Positions 13,041-25,425 of a stretch of DNA of 64,000 nucleotides are shown piece by piece. Made by a program: the position numbers and the translations under genes. A model generated the notes under the pieces. That model was not told the origin of the DNA, ran no database searches, and saw only the letters and a program-made list of their open reading frames with translations. This DNA is from Amphiscolops sp. MND2022. Its lineage: Eukaryota. The stretch's first letter is position 1; every line of letters begins with the position of its first letter. The stretch covers positions 62,310,001 through 62,374,000 of the forward strand of contig OZ076415.1 in NCBI GenBank assembly GCA_964187785.1, in the 5' to 3' direction.

Positions 13041-13587
13041 CCCTAGTTGAGACTGCTGGAAAATTTTACATGCTGCAGGCCTGCATGCAGGGTAATTTTT
13101 TATAAAACGTAGAAAATTCAGTAAGGTTCCGGTGGTAAATCTTGTAGGATTACACTGCATTTTCCATTACTGCAATTAAATTTGAAAATATTTTCCCTTC
13201 TTTTACGGACACGATCACGTTGTATTCACATTGATTTCTCAAATACTCATCTGATTCATTCACCGCGTCTCAAATAGGACGCTGAAGACGACGCTAGTTT
13301 GCTGTTTACATTGTGAATGCAGTTAATTTGCATTAAAATGGCGGCAAAATTGTTGAGGTCTCAGCTGCATTTAAATTTAGAACTGATGCATATTGAAACT
13401 TGCAGAACTTCACGGCTTGATATTGCCGCCAAAACTTTGATGATTCTTCAAAGCAGCTTGATAAAAGTTGGTAACAACAGGGAAATATTAACGCATTAAA
13501 GTTTCTGTAAGATATTTAGATTATCATAAGAAAAGTTGCTGGCAACCTTAAAGTACATGTAAAAAGTTCAAGCATGTTCAACAAGGA
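13041..13587 (+). mobile_element. MITE family B
   Basis: ccctagttgagactgctgg...gcaggcctgcatgcagggt...catgttcaacaagg. Confidence 0.75.
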
Positions 13588-15058
13588 TCTGCCCTTCTTC
13601 AGAGAAACTGCTTGATTAGTTCAATTATAAATACAGTAGCGTTCTAAAATAACGCAACCTCAGAGATTAAAATGGCAAAATTCAAAACCAAATATCTTGT
13701 AAACTGTCACGAATACAAAAATTTACCAGCTACATAAGTTTCTTCGATTTTTATCTAGTTTACGAAAATGTTTGTTTGAAATTTCCACGACCCATACTGA
13801 AAAAGTTACAAAATGCAAATTTTAGAAAGTTGTAATTGAAATTTCAGTTTTTTTTCGAAAATTGAGTGGCTTAAAATTAAAAATTTTGGATTTATTTTTC
13901 ATTCGGAGACTCCCTATAATCGGATCAGAAAAAATGCGCAGTATTTTGTGTCTATAAGCACTGAAGTACGAAGTACGTGTTATAAGGTAGGCTATAAAAA
14001 TTGCTAATAGAAAATTGATGATTTTTATTTGAAATCGAAAAAGGTGTTCAATCAAATCATATCAGCATCCTCGGGAGATTTGGGGCCAAATGATTGGCTG
14101 AAAATTTTTCAAAATAATTTATTCAACTTTGTGAAAATCAAGAAAAAGTGGAAATTTGATGAAATTTGTCAAAATTTCCAATTTCTAACTGTTGTAATTT
14201 TTTTCGCAGAAATTTCAAACAAATATTTTTGTAAACTAGATAAAATTCTAAGAATCTTTTGTATCTGACAATTTTTTGTATTTGTGACAGTTTTAAAGAT
14301 ATTTGGATTTGAAAATGACAATTTCAAGCAATGGAGTTGCGATATTTTAGAAAGCTACTGTACTTTCATTGCAGTTCTGTTCATATATTAAAATATAACG
14401 TTAAAATGTTATTTCGAGAAATTTTATTATTTTATTATGTATACAAGAGGATTTTGGGCAGAAAAATCAAGGGATTTTTTCGTTCTTTCTGAGGAAAGTT
14501 TTTTTTCTATGGAAACAGAAAAAAGTCTAGCCGAATGTTACAGAGAACCATCATTTTAACCACTCTGTTTTCCATTTTGCATCAGAAAATCAAGCAATTA
14601 TGCTCTAGAAATTCCAAACCTAGCTTCATCAAAGCAAAAAGCAACAAGGCCGAAACTTTCTTAGAGTTTCCATTTACTAAATTACTTAGCTATCTATTGA
14701 CTGTGAGCTGCGGAAAAGCTTTTTTGCGTTTTTCGTTGATATGAAATGGAAGATACCACTGTATGTCTCTCATGTGAGACATAATTTCAATAAATGGCTT
14801 AATGAGGTGTATTTGGTTTGGTATATTTTAGAAACAGCGTTGGTTCAGTTTGAGAGTTGGCTTTGAGTCAGTTAGCTCCAATTTAGCCAACAATGAAAGA
14901 AGCAATATTTCCGCCAATACCAGTTTCCGACATCTTTTCATCAAGTGACTACGATTCTATCAGATGTACCGACGGCATTTATAGTTTGAATATTGTAAAG
15001 AGAAAAAATCTCTTTCGTAACAGAAGAATTTGGCGAATGAAAAGGTTTTTGGTTTCAG

Positions 15059-15263
15059 TCAGCAAGATGAGCAGATCGAAAACTTGATCTTAGCCCAGAC
15101 GTTCCACTCGAATCAGTTGGGGGGTGGAGCCTCGGGAGGAGTTGGTTTGCCCCCCTCTGTGGGTGCACAAGGAGCCCCGAATGACCCCCTGAAACTGTCC
15201 GCTATCAAAGCTGCCAGCAGACCTCGCAGCTCCTCACTGGTGGCAGCGATGGCTGCGCAACAG
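15059..15263 (+). CDS. Putative alternative myosin tail exon (Gly/Ala/Pro-rich)
   Basis: ggtttcag| phase-2 acceptor and CAG|gttag donor. 205 nt, open (QQDEQIENLILAQ...VAAMAAQQ), GC-rich island. Confidence 0.6.
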
Positions 15264-15708
15264 GTTAGAACGCAAGTTATAACCAATCACCAATTGCGAC
15301 TTTCATTGATTACAATCAGCTGGCTGATGAATTGGGCTCAGAATTAAGATACAAATGGGCTTTTTCGGGGTTGAATGTGTAATTTTCGAGACAAATTTTG
15401 CGTATCTCTGATGTACATAGATAAATAAGTTCATTGATACGTTCAATTCAAGTTCGAAATTCTTATTTCAAAATATAATATTTATATTGTCAATTGTATT
15501 TTAGATTGTCAAAAATAACAATTAAAAATTTCATGCAACAGGAAAAGGTTTTTGCAAAAATAGAACGCAGTTCTCATTTGTTCGTAAGATATTTGTACAA
15601 TTGTGTTCTGGCTTGAAACAACCGCCATTTTCGTAAAAAAAAAACAAACTTACCAAACTTCTCTCAGAGTCCTATACGCCGCAATACATTTCGTTTTTTT
15701 TCTACTAG

Positions 15709-15849
15709 GGGGGTCAAAGTGGAAAACCAGGTGGTAAACACTTCGACCTCAATGATCTGGCTACTTTCCAGCAAGAACTGGCAGCCTCCATGAGCAAGAA
15801 AAAGTCCCCGGCTCCTCTGGACGAAGACGACTCAGAATTGGATTCCTGA
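15709..15849 (+). CDS. Terminal exon following 15059-15263
   Basis: ttttctactag| phase-0 acceptor. GGQSGKPGGKHFDLNDLATFQQELAASMSKKKSPAPLDEDDSELDS*, in frame with the previous exon. Confidence 0.65.
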   Translation, partial: GGQSGKPGGKHFDLNDLATFQQELAASMSKKKSPAPLDEDDSELDS

Positions 15850-15852
15850 ATA

Positions 15853-15949
15853 TGACGTCATAAAATGAACCGACTAAAATCTCCTCCAAATTACGTAGTT
15901 ACTTGACGTCATCAGATGACGTCACAAAAATACTGAGAACATGACGTCA
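15853..15949. promoter_or_regulatory. Cluster of four TGACGTCA (CRE-type) palindromes
   Basis: Exact 8-mers at 15853, 15904, 15917 and 15942, directly after the stop codon. Confidence 0.55.
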
Positions 15950-18900
15950 TACTCGGCCCAAAAACACAGTCGGTTTTACCCGAGAAGGTTTTTTATGACG
16001 CCCAAATGTGCGTCGGCTTGTCTGTTTCTCGTGAGTTTTCGTGTTGCAGTTGATTAAATTTATAATGGTAAATTTGTTTCAGTAATCGGAGCTCTTGAAA
16101 TCTGTCCTATATTGTCAGTTGTTTTGTTCGTGGTGCCTCATACATAAAATTAATCATTTCTGGTGGAAAATTTTTGCTCTATATTATGTATTCAATATTT
16201 TTCTATTTCTTTTAAAATCATAACCAATAACTTATCTGTAAAAATTACAACTAGTGTATCGACGTTTTAAAGTCCTTGGTCTGCTAAAAACATTTTGGTT
16301 CATTAACCAAATAAATGTTGGCGCTATTTTAATAATTAAGGTTTAGACGGTTAAACTGGAGACTGATTCGGCACTAACAATAAATGGCCGTGGCCAACTG
16401 TTGACTACTAATTTTTTGAATAAAATTTAATTGAAGTCAAGGTTAATTTTAGAATTCTAGCTATTCTAGCCCGGGCGTATTTTCAAACAGGATACAAATC
16501 GACATCTAATTTCTTCGATAATAGTGAACAAAGTTACCAACAGTCTTGACTTTTAATCGATCAGCCAAATTTGAGTTTTCCATGAGGATCTATGTAAATA
16601 GATGGGCTAGTTCATTTGGATTGTTTGTTTAACGTGGGCAGCGTTTTTCAGAAAAAGTCTCAAATCGTAAAATCCTACTCTTTCAAAATCGATTTCTTGA
16701 AACAATCTTTGAAAGCCCTTGCATCCGTAACATAACATGACAAAGTTTTTGACGAATTCTTCTGAAAAAAAAACGTGCAAGAATTTTTTTCGCCTTCGCT
16801 GTAACTTCAAAGAAATACAATTTGAAATTTCAAAAATTTATGATTACATGAGCGTAAAAGATCCGAAACTCAAGGATTCTCATTTATGGGCGTGTCTCTA
16901 TGCTATGCACTTGGAAGCGTGACGTAGGATTATTTTAAAATAAAGCATTGAAAATGTTCTGAAGATTGCTCCAAAATCACTCGATTAAACCCGTAGGTGC
17001 CACTCACAAGACAAGAAACTGGCTGAGTATTCCACATAAATTCATAAACTTCGAAGGGAAAGGTGATCACCGCAGTGGAAGACGGTGGAGTCAGCCTGGC
17101 AAGGAAGTTGCACTACTTTTTGACTGCAAGTGCCATTATCGTGTTTCAGAGGATGTCTCGCTACTCTTAGGCGGTTATGTTATGTTGTTTTTTCGGAAAG
17201 GAGAAGAGACATTCAAGGATAAATCACTAACGTCAGATAAGTAACACGATAAATACTTGAAACAAAAATGTGACAACCACAATAAAAGAATGAACGTGCG
17301 CACAACATTTGAATACAACACGAATAATGTCAATAATCATACTCAATAAAAAATAACCAAGGGGTTAAGCCCTGTACGTGTTATTCTGCACAGGATGGGT
17401 TAAAAGATTGTGTTAAGTTTCTGTAGGTAAATTCAAAATTTCGCCGCTACTCTTTTCTATCGGTTTTGGAGTGAATGCTATTAGCAGTCCCGGACAACTA
17501 TTCTCGTGACCCCTAAACTAAACTACTCGCACTGACTCGCTGATTCCGAAAAAAGTCTTGAAGTCCCAGACTTCTCATTCCAACTAAGGTTTTCCCCCAG
17601 TGAACGTCTCGAAGTCAAGACTCTTCCATTGAGCGAATGATATGTGGGTAAGATTTTGATCCATGAAAACAATTTACGTCGGACAAGTCCCGGAATTTCC
17701 AACAGATGATAGAGTAAATGCAACCCCTTACGGAGGCCAAAGCCTAAAGATTCCTACTCCTTCGACGACACCAAAAAAGCAAACAGTTGACTAGATCTCA
17801 ACTCACTTTGTGCGGTTATTTATTCGCTTCCCTTTTGACGCTTCAGTCTCTATTTCCATACTCGTCGTGATCTTTTTAAGACCTTGACAAAGTGTTGAGT
17901 AGGATCTTTTTTCCTCATTCGGTGTGGATGAAGGAACTTTTTCCCTTGTGTGCTTTAGTGATACATTTTTGTCAATCATGACTTTTGTTTAACTTCGTTT
18001 TCAAAAAAGTCAGGAGAGGAACAAATTATTCAATTTTGCTCACTTCAACAATCCCGCCTTTATTTCGGTTCTGTTGTTTACTTTCGGTTTCTTTGCCGAG
18101 ACGTTTTTTCCCCACGCAACTCAGGAGAGCTGCTTGCAGCAAAAATGGCAACAAAATTCTTAGTAAGTTTTCGTGACCGAAAACGTACAGGCGAGCATAA
18201 GGTTTTAAGAAGGTCGACTGGTATGACACTCCTTTAAAGGGCCGAAAGAAGATGTTTCTTTCTGCGGTTGAATCAACACAGTATACCACCAAAAAGCGCA
18301 GCACAAGGACTAAAATACCCTTGTTGTACCCCTAAAATTTAAATACCTGCCATTTCATTCAAGTTTTGATGTCGCAGACCCGGGTACATGTCGACTCAAA
18401 TATCTTAACTCCGGAGTGCTCGTACTTGCTCAATTTTAAAGTCCTGCCACGGGGCGTCTATACAATGGTAGTCCACGTTTTTGGGAGTATTTCGTCACAT
18501 CTCACTTTTTTGTTACCTGACCTTCAAATTTGATGTCACTAACTCAACTCTGTGTGACTTTTCGGAAACATCCTTCAACAGTGCTGTAGTAGCTGTGATT
18601 TCAAGTGGAATTTGCTAAAATCTAAAAATTAAAGTCAGTTCCGTTTTGAGTGCCGTAAAATATAACCCAGTAGGTTATTTTTTATCGGTTTGTTGTCAAT
18701 CAGACAGAAGTGAGCGTATTTGTTCTTCTAAAACGTCTTGAAATTAGCCTGATTTAAGTAGTGTAGTCCAATGCCCAACGCTTTAGGTTTTACACTAGAT
18801 TGAATAGTGGTCGAAGCGAGCAGTTGCATGGCATGAGATTCTACATGAATCCCAGGTACAGACCGAATATGTGTAGTAGATTTTCTAAATTGTGAAGAAA

Positions 18901-19149
18901 ATTTAGAAACAATATAGTTCTTTGACTATTTTCTGTTTTTCGAATTCGATAATGAAATGTCTCCATGGAGTGCGGGCACATTCACAGTGAAGAAGGATCC
19001 CAGCTGAAACTTCCCATTCCGTATTGGCTGAAATAAGCATCAATTAGATAGCTTTTGAGTGTTTTCTTTACCTGCAGATAGATTTTCATTCCTTTTCATT
19101 TCGTACCTTTCAGTGAAAAAAGTAAAAGTTTTATTACATTGACTGTTAG

Positions 19150-19603
19150 TTTTTAGTCGTCGCTTTTCTAGTGAAAAGAGCCCGACGATTACAGTGGCTA
19201 GTTTTTTTTTCGTCAGACTACAATCTCACTCTGGTTGGTCCACTTTTCTTACAATTGAAATTACTGAAACTACTACCATAGTCAGACTACAGTCAGACTA
19301 CAATCTCACTCTGGTTGGTCCACTTTTCTTACAATTGAAATTACTGAAACTACTACCATAAGGACAAGTCCTGTCAGCGGAAATTAGTGCAAAAGGGTCC
19401 CATCTTTCATTTTTTACTTTTTTAACGTAACCTACAAAACCGGACGAGACTAAAGGGTCCCCCTTTCGATTTTTTCGGCATTGTGCGATTTTTTTCGAAA
19501 ATTTTTTAATGTCTCAAAAGAGTCACCCTTTCGAGTTTTTGATATTTTGCAACAGAATCTATGTTAATAAAGCCCAAAGAGTCCCAGACGTTCCCGTCTT
19601 GTT
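19150..19603 (+). mobile_element. HINE-like element with an internal 69-bp tandem duplication
   Basis: Family termini present; units 19212-19280 and 19292-19360 are identical and separated by an extra gtcagactaca. Confidence 0.75.
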
Positions 19604-19917
19604 CTTCACAGCATAGACTCAACACCGGAGGGTCCGGTTTTTGAACAGATTTATACCTTAAATTCCTATTACCTTACGTTTCTATCTATTGGTTTTAGAG
19701 CTTGTTTCAGAAGCACAAAATCAACAGAAAGTCATTAAAGTATAAAGTCATCCGGTTGTTTTTAAGGACCAGAAAATCCCCTTTTTAGGCTTTCATATGC
19801 CATATGTGATGGTATTTCATGAAATGAAACTAGCTAGAAGTACTCTTTCGATATTTTTTGATATTTTCTGCAGAGATGAATCTGTCGTTTCTGGAAGTCT
19901 TTTCTGTGTTTCCATTG

Positions 19918-20825
19918 TTTTTGGTCGGCGCATTTTATCAACATGAGCCTGACTATTACAGTGGCAAGTTTTTTCTTTTTTTTTTGTCAGACAACAGAAT
20001 GTACGCGTAGTGGACACTTTTTACAGAACTACTAAACTACTGGACCGGCAAGCGGAAACGCATCGAAGTTGGTGCAAAGGGTCCCTCTTTCGTGTACTCA
20101 ATTTTTAACGAAAGATACAAAACCGGACTGGACTACAGGGTCCCTTTGAATTTTTTTCGGCACTGAGCGACTTTTTTCGAAATTTTTAAATGTCCCGAAT
20201 GGTCCCCCTTCACGTTTTTAGTCGGCGTTTTTCTTAAGAAAAAAGCCCGACTATTACAGTCACTCGTTTTTTTTTATTTAAGACAGACTCGAAGCGACGA
20301 ACGTTAAAATTAACGTTCAACCACTAAATAAGTACTAAACTACTGGACCGCTAAAGGCAAACGGGGAGCGCATTCATTTACTTTTTATACGTTACATACA
20401 AGCCCGGACGGGACTAAAGTTTCGTACCCCCCCCCCCCTTTTCGATTTTTTTTCGGCGCTGTGAGATTTTTTTTCGAATTTTTTTTAATGTCCCCAAAGG
20501 GTCCCCCCTTTGAGTTTTTTGTTATTTTGCTACAGAATGCGTGTTTATAAATCAAAAAGGGTCCCCCCTTTTACATTTTTCGGCACTGTGCGACATTTTC
20601 CGAAAGAAATTTTTTTTCGAAAATTTCATGTTTTTTACCAAAAAAAATGATTTGCGCTTTTTGAGCCTTAGATATAGCGCCGACTTGAGGCGTTCTCGTC
20701 TTGTTCATATTTTGCAGCAAATTGAAGTTTCAAAAAGTCGAAGGATCCCTTTTTTTACTATTTTAAAAACTTTGCGCTTCCTGAGCCTTAGATATAGCGC
20801 CGAGTTTAGACGTTCCCGTCTTGTT
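19918..20825 (+). mobile_element. Two stacked HINE-like elements, the second with a duplicated 3' end
   Basis: 5' ends at about 19918 and 20215; 3' termini (subTIR, hairpin, TGTT) at 20705 and 20825. Confidence 0.72.
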
Positions 20826-22187
20826 TATCTTTGTGGTGTGTTTCATCTAAGTTTGCCCGTTCCGTGAGAAACGATGTTTTTAAAACGGCAATTGATTTCG
20901 ATTTCTCTTGGTCGAAATACAAAGCAACGGTTGTTTTAGATTCAGTCATAAACAGTAAACCGATAGGCGTTTGAGCCTCCAACGGTTTAATGGACATAAA
21001 ATGGCAGCTCTAATTTAACAAGGACATGAATTTTAGCGCCGAATATGCAATGTTTATCAACAGTCCGTACAATTAAATGTATATCAAATTAAATATTTCA
21101 GAAATAAGGTTAGCTGTCAACCAAAAAAGATATGTCAATCAAATAAAAACAAATAGGTTCGCCAGAACTGTCTTTTGATGGGTTCGAAAACCCAACGGTA
21201 GCGTAAAGGTCAACGTTCGTACTGTAAAACATTGGTATTTTGATTAGGTGACGCACTATTTTCATTTTTTGTTGACGAACAATTGTCAACATCCTCCGCC
21301 CCGGATACTATCGGCTCAAAAGAAGGTACAAGTTTAACAACGGTTTCGTCTGTTTCGTAAGTTTGCAGATAGCTCGATACCGTTTGAACCATAATTTAGA
21401 TAGTCAATTCTTGCAGTGTGGAAATGGCCCCTGGGCCTGAATGCTTCACTTTCCTGACATAATCTCCTGGGTTCAGGGCTCTGCTGCAATCCGTGGCCCA
21501 CTTATTTTGTGGATTAAGTAAGGGAATGTACCTTTGGAACCACGTTGCTCAGATTGCAACAGCATAGCCTTGTTCCCGCGCGTACCGTTTCCGATAGTTG
21601 AAGTTTATTGCGGTGGTAGTAGTCTGGTGTTCGGTCGAACGAGGAGAAAATGATTGGGCGTCAATACAAAACAATGTGTCACTTGGATCGAAGAAACTGG
21701 GGTTGGCGGTCGCGTGTTGATTGTCTGTTCGACCAAACATAAAACGACAAGTCGTGTTTCACCAGTGAGACGACTGTCGCCAAGGACGGACTAGAAGACC
21801 CGTTTACAACTGCGGACTAAACACCCCCACTGCCCACCTTGATTACGTGGAACTTCCACATAATTTTCATGTGGACCAGTAGTTCGGGTTCTTACTCATT
21901 GCATTTGCTTGTTTTCGACTGGTGCAGTCTTGCTCCCGACAATATTCGTATCGTTGTTTCGGTTGGATGGAGAAACGGTTCTTGAATCATTGTGTGATTA
22001 TGGTTTCTGTTCACGTTTCGGCTCATCAGTTTCAAGTAGAACAAGGAACTTTAATTACAATCAATAGTTTTGCAGTCGGCATTCGAACGAGTACAGAACT
22101 ATGAATGAAAAAATCCAAATCCTTATTTGCCGAATTCAGTTTTGACTGAATTCAATGTGACAGTGCTTGAAAACGGCAATAATGATG

Positions 22188-22717
22188 AACAAGCCGGTAA
22201 CGGCCCAAGTCGGCGCCATATCTAAGGCTCAAAAAGACTCGAAAACCACTTTTTCTACAACTGGGGACAACAAAAGCTTTCAAAAAACTAAAAATTGAGG
22301 AAAAAATTTTTCCGAATTTTTTTGAAATCTCCGGTAAGTCGCATAGTACCGAAAAATGTAAAAGGGGGACCCTTTGGGATTTTTTGAACATCCATTCTGC
22401 TGCAAAATTTCAAAAAAATGATTGGGGAGCCTTTGGTGCAATTAAAAAATTTCGGAGAAAAATGAGAAATGTGAACAGTCTCGCAGTGCTGAAAAAAAGG
22501 AAAGTCATATAGGGTCGAAAAAAGTGGAAAGGGGGACCCCTCTGCTTTGGAATGGCTTTTTATCTCATGTTAGAGGCTTTGGATGCGTTGAAAATGAAGT
22601 ACCAAGTACAAATGGTAAAAGTGCATAATGCACAAAAAGTGGACCGATCGCGTTGAACTGACGAAAAAAAACTAGCCACTGAAAGAGTCAGGATTTTCTT
22701 CGAAAACGCCGACTAAC
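22188..22717 (-). mobile_element. HINE-like element
   Basis: aacaagccggtaacggcccaagtcggcgcc...gaaaacgccgactaa. Confidence 0.78.
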
Positions 22718-22974
22718 AACAGATCATCAGAAGCTAAGCTCAGATAAAATTTATTTCTGATTTCATGTTAAAGTTTGCAAAATAAAATTCAAGACTCTAC
22801 AAAAAACTTCAAAATTTTAGGCACGTTTGATTCGAATAAAGCAAGGTGGAATCAGGGTTGCTTAGAAAAACAATAAAAAGATATTCAAAGATAATTATCG
22901 TAAATTTTTTCACGAATCGCATTGTGCTAAAATATATCCAAACGGTACATGTTCGGCTGAAAAATCACTCTGCC

Positions 22975-23500
22975 CTACGCCAATTGAGACTGCTTGAACT
23001 TTTTACATGCTGCAGGCCTGCATGCAGGGTAGTTGTTTATAAAACCTAGAAAAATCAGTGAGCACCCTGGTAAATCTTGTAGAATTACACTGCAATATCC
23101 TCTACTGCAGTTAAATTTGAAAATATTTCCTTCTTCTTTACTGGCATGATCACGTTGTATTCACACATCAATTTCTCAACTACTCATCCGATTTAATCAC
23201 CGCTTCTCAAACAGGACGCTGAAGATGATGCTAGTTTGTTGTTTACCCTGTGAAGGAAGTTAATTTGCATTAAAATGGCGGCAAAATTGTTAACGTCCCA
23301 GGTGCATTTAAAATTAGAACTGATGCATAACAAAACTTGCAGAACTTTGATGATTTTTTCAAGCAGCTTGATAAAAGTTGATGACAACAGGGAAATATTA
23401 ACGCATTAAAGTTTCCGTAAGAGATCTTGAAAATCATTGAAAAAGTTGCTGGCAACTTTGAAGAACATATAAAAAGTTCAAGCAAGTTCAACAAGGGTAA
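22975..23500 (+). mobile_element. MITE family B
   Basis: Collinear with 13041-13587; ends tcaacaaggg-ta. Confidence 0.72.
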
Positions 23501-25093
23501 CTAAAAGCATCAATACACCTAAGAATGGGCCCTTTGGTTTCGTATCGTTTAGCAAATCTTTAGAAAAATATTCCTATATGGGCTTCGAACTTTCGTACCC
23601 CTGCTTACCACGCACTCTATCAACTACGTCCAGCTTCAAGTTGTGGAAAAATATCAAGAACTTTTTAAAACTTATTAAATCGATTGATTCAGATCGATTT
23701 TAAGACAGCCACTTCTATAGTCTGCATTTTCTACCAAAAGCGCTCACTGAAAAGCGGGAGTGGATCAAGTGGGCTCCAAGCTTAGATCTCAAGAAACACA
23801 AAGTCCGGATACTTTTATCATTTCAAGCAGTAAAATTGTAATCTTTTCACAATTTTTTTGTGAAAATTGTAAAAAAAAACATTTTTTTCCGCATTTTCCA
23901 AAGACTGAGAAAGTTTCCGTACTGACCGCAATTCGATTTAACTCAGCCCGTTTAATGTCTCTGAGAACTTCCTTTCAGTACAGTGAAATAGAAGATGAAA
24001 TAAGTTTTGAATTCAACATTCTAAAAATGAACTATTTAGAAATACAACAATAAATAAAATGGTGATGAAGCTCTATTGATTGACAACACTTTTAAAAATT
24101 GCCCGCATATATTTATGAATTGAGGAAATTGATCACTGAACAAGACAAAGAGACGACGATTGAGCCGACTCGGGTCCTCGGGTCGTTCTCGGCTCGGTGG
24201 CTGTTGTTTCGTTTCACATAAATAGTTAAAATGTGCGGCGTTCGCTTAAACTTGCAACAACCAATCTTGTGTTGTAGAAATTGAAGCAAGCTGATTGGCT
24301 TGAATATGCCACAGAGAAGGAATACTCGTCAACCAATGATATTTGATGACAATTCGGAACAATTTAAGTCGTGTGAGCACCGAATTTGTTGCATATCAGA
24401 TGACTTGCTCGTGAGGGTCTTACTTCGCCCATCTTTCGGTCGAGCAGAAAATAAACAAGAAAAGTTGCAAGCTTCCAATGGCATTTAAGTTATCGCGTTT
24501 TAATAAAAAAAAACATGAAGCTCTTCCTCGTTTTTTTTTCTTTCTTTCCTTTCTTCTTTTCAGCAATACCTCTCCTGTGGTAAACTGTTGGCCAGAAATA
24601 TTTTCCCGCCACTGCCGGGCATTCCTGGGTACGAAACCAGTATGTTCTGTGGCGTGTTCATAGCCTGTATGTAATGCATAGGGATGACCGATTTTCTATA
24701 GAGTTCTATCTAATAAATTATCAAAATTATTATAACTTAATTCATAAACTTGTGTCGGCTTATAACATCACAGTGTCTAAATCGGTGACAGACACTACAC
24801 GTGTTTTGTTTTAATCAATTAGAGGCTCAAATTTCTGATGCAATTCTGCACACTGTTGAACAAAAATTGCCTAAAAAGAGCGACTTAGATTTGCAATCTT
24901 ATGGTTCAAAGTTTTGAATTCCAATTGGATATAATAAATCTAATAAATCTAGTAAGTCTAATAAATTACAATAAGTAAATCTAATTGTAATTTATTATCC
25001 TAATTACTTTTGATGCACAATTTCTACTCTTTTAAACAACACTTCAAAAAAATACGAAAATGTTGAAAAATTTTTTGGAGCAGGATTGGCTGG

Positions 25094-25425
25094 TCATCCC
25101 TGAACGGTGGCCATGGAAGGATTGTGGGGGATGCCGTTAGCGGGTGGAATTGGGGAGGCGGGGTAAGAATGGGGGTCTCTTCCCAGTCCCCCGTCACCCA
25201 TCTGCATGGGCATTCCCACTGCTACCTGTCCGGGTGTTGAGACGGCATTGGGGTGAGGAGAAGCGAAGGTGCCTGCGGGGGGACCCATCGAGTTGCCCCT
25301 CTTGAGCAGGGGCGAGTAGCCCTTCATAGAAGGGGGCTGTTGTCCCCCCATCTGGGGCAACGGCGGCTGAGGGGGAGGTGCCTGGAACGTGTTGTGCAAA
25401 GGGTGCTGACTGAACTGCGGCAACA
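25094..25425 (-). CDS. ASIC: ASIC terminal Pro/Gly/Gln-rich exon
   Basis: gttgttttcag|TG (phase 1), LPQFSQHPLHNTFQAPPPQPPLPQ...MATVQG*. AATAAA on - at 24991-24996. Confidence 0.72.

Noticed and set aside
12753-13046. 97-aa ORF inside the hAT MITE
   Set aside because: No transposase motif recognised; runs through the TIR.
16966-18500. Several short ORFs in moderately GC-rich DNA
   Set aside because: Stops in the frames I checked and no recognisable domain; possibly a decayed element.
21110-21240. SPRY-like NVDLYATVGF peptide
   Set aside because: One short motif with no other SPRY segments or supported exon chain.
24920-25000. taataaatc-type short tandem in the ASIC 3' UTR
   Set aside because: Low-complexity AT repeat with no further support.
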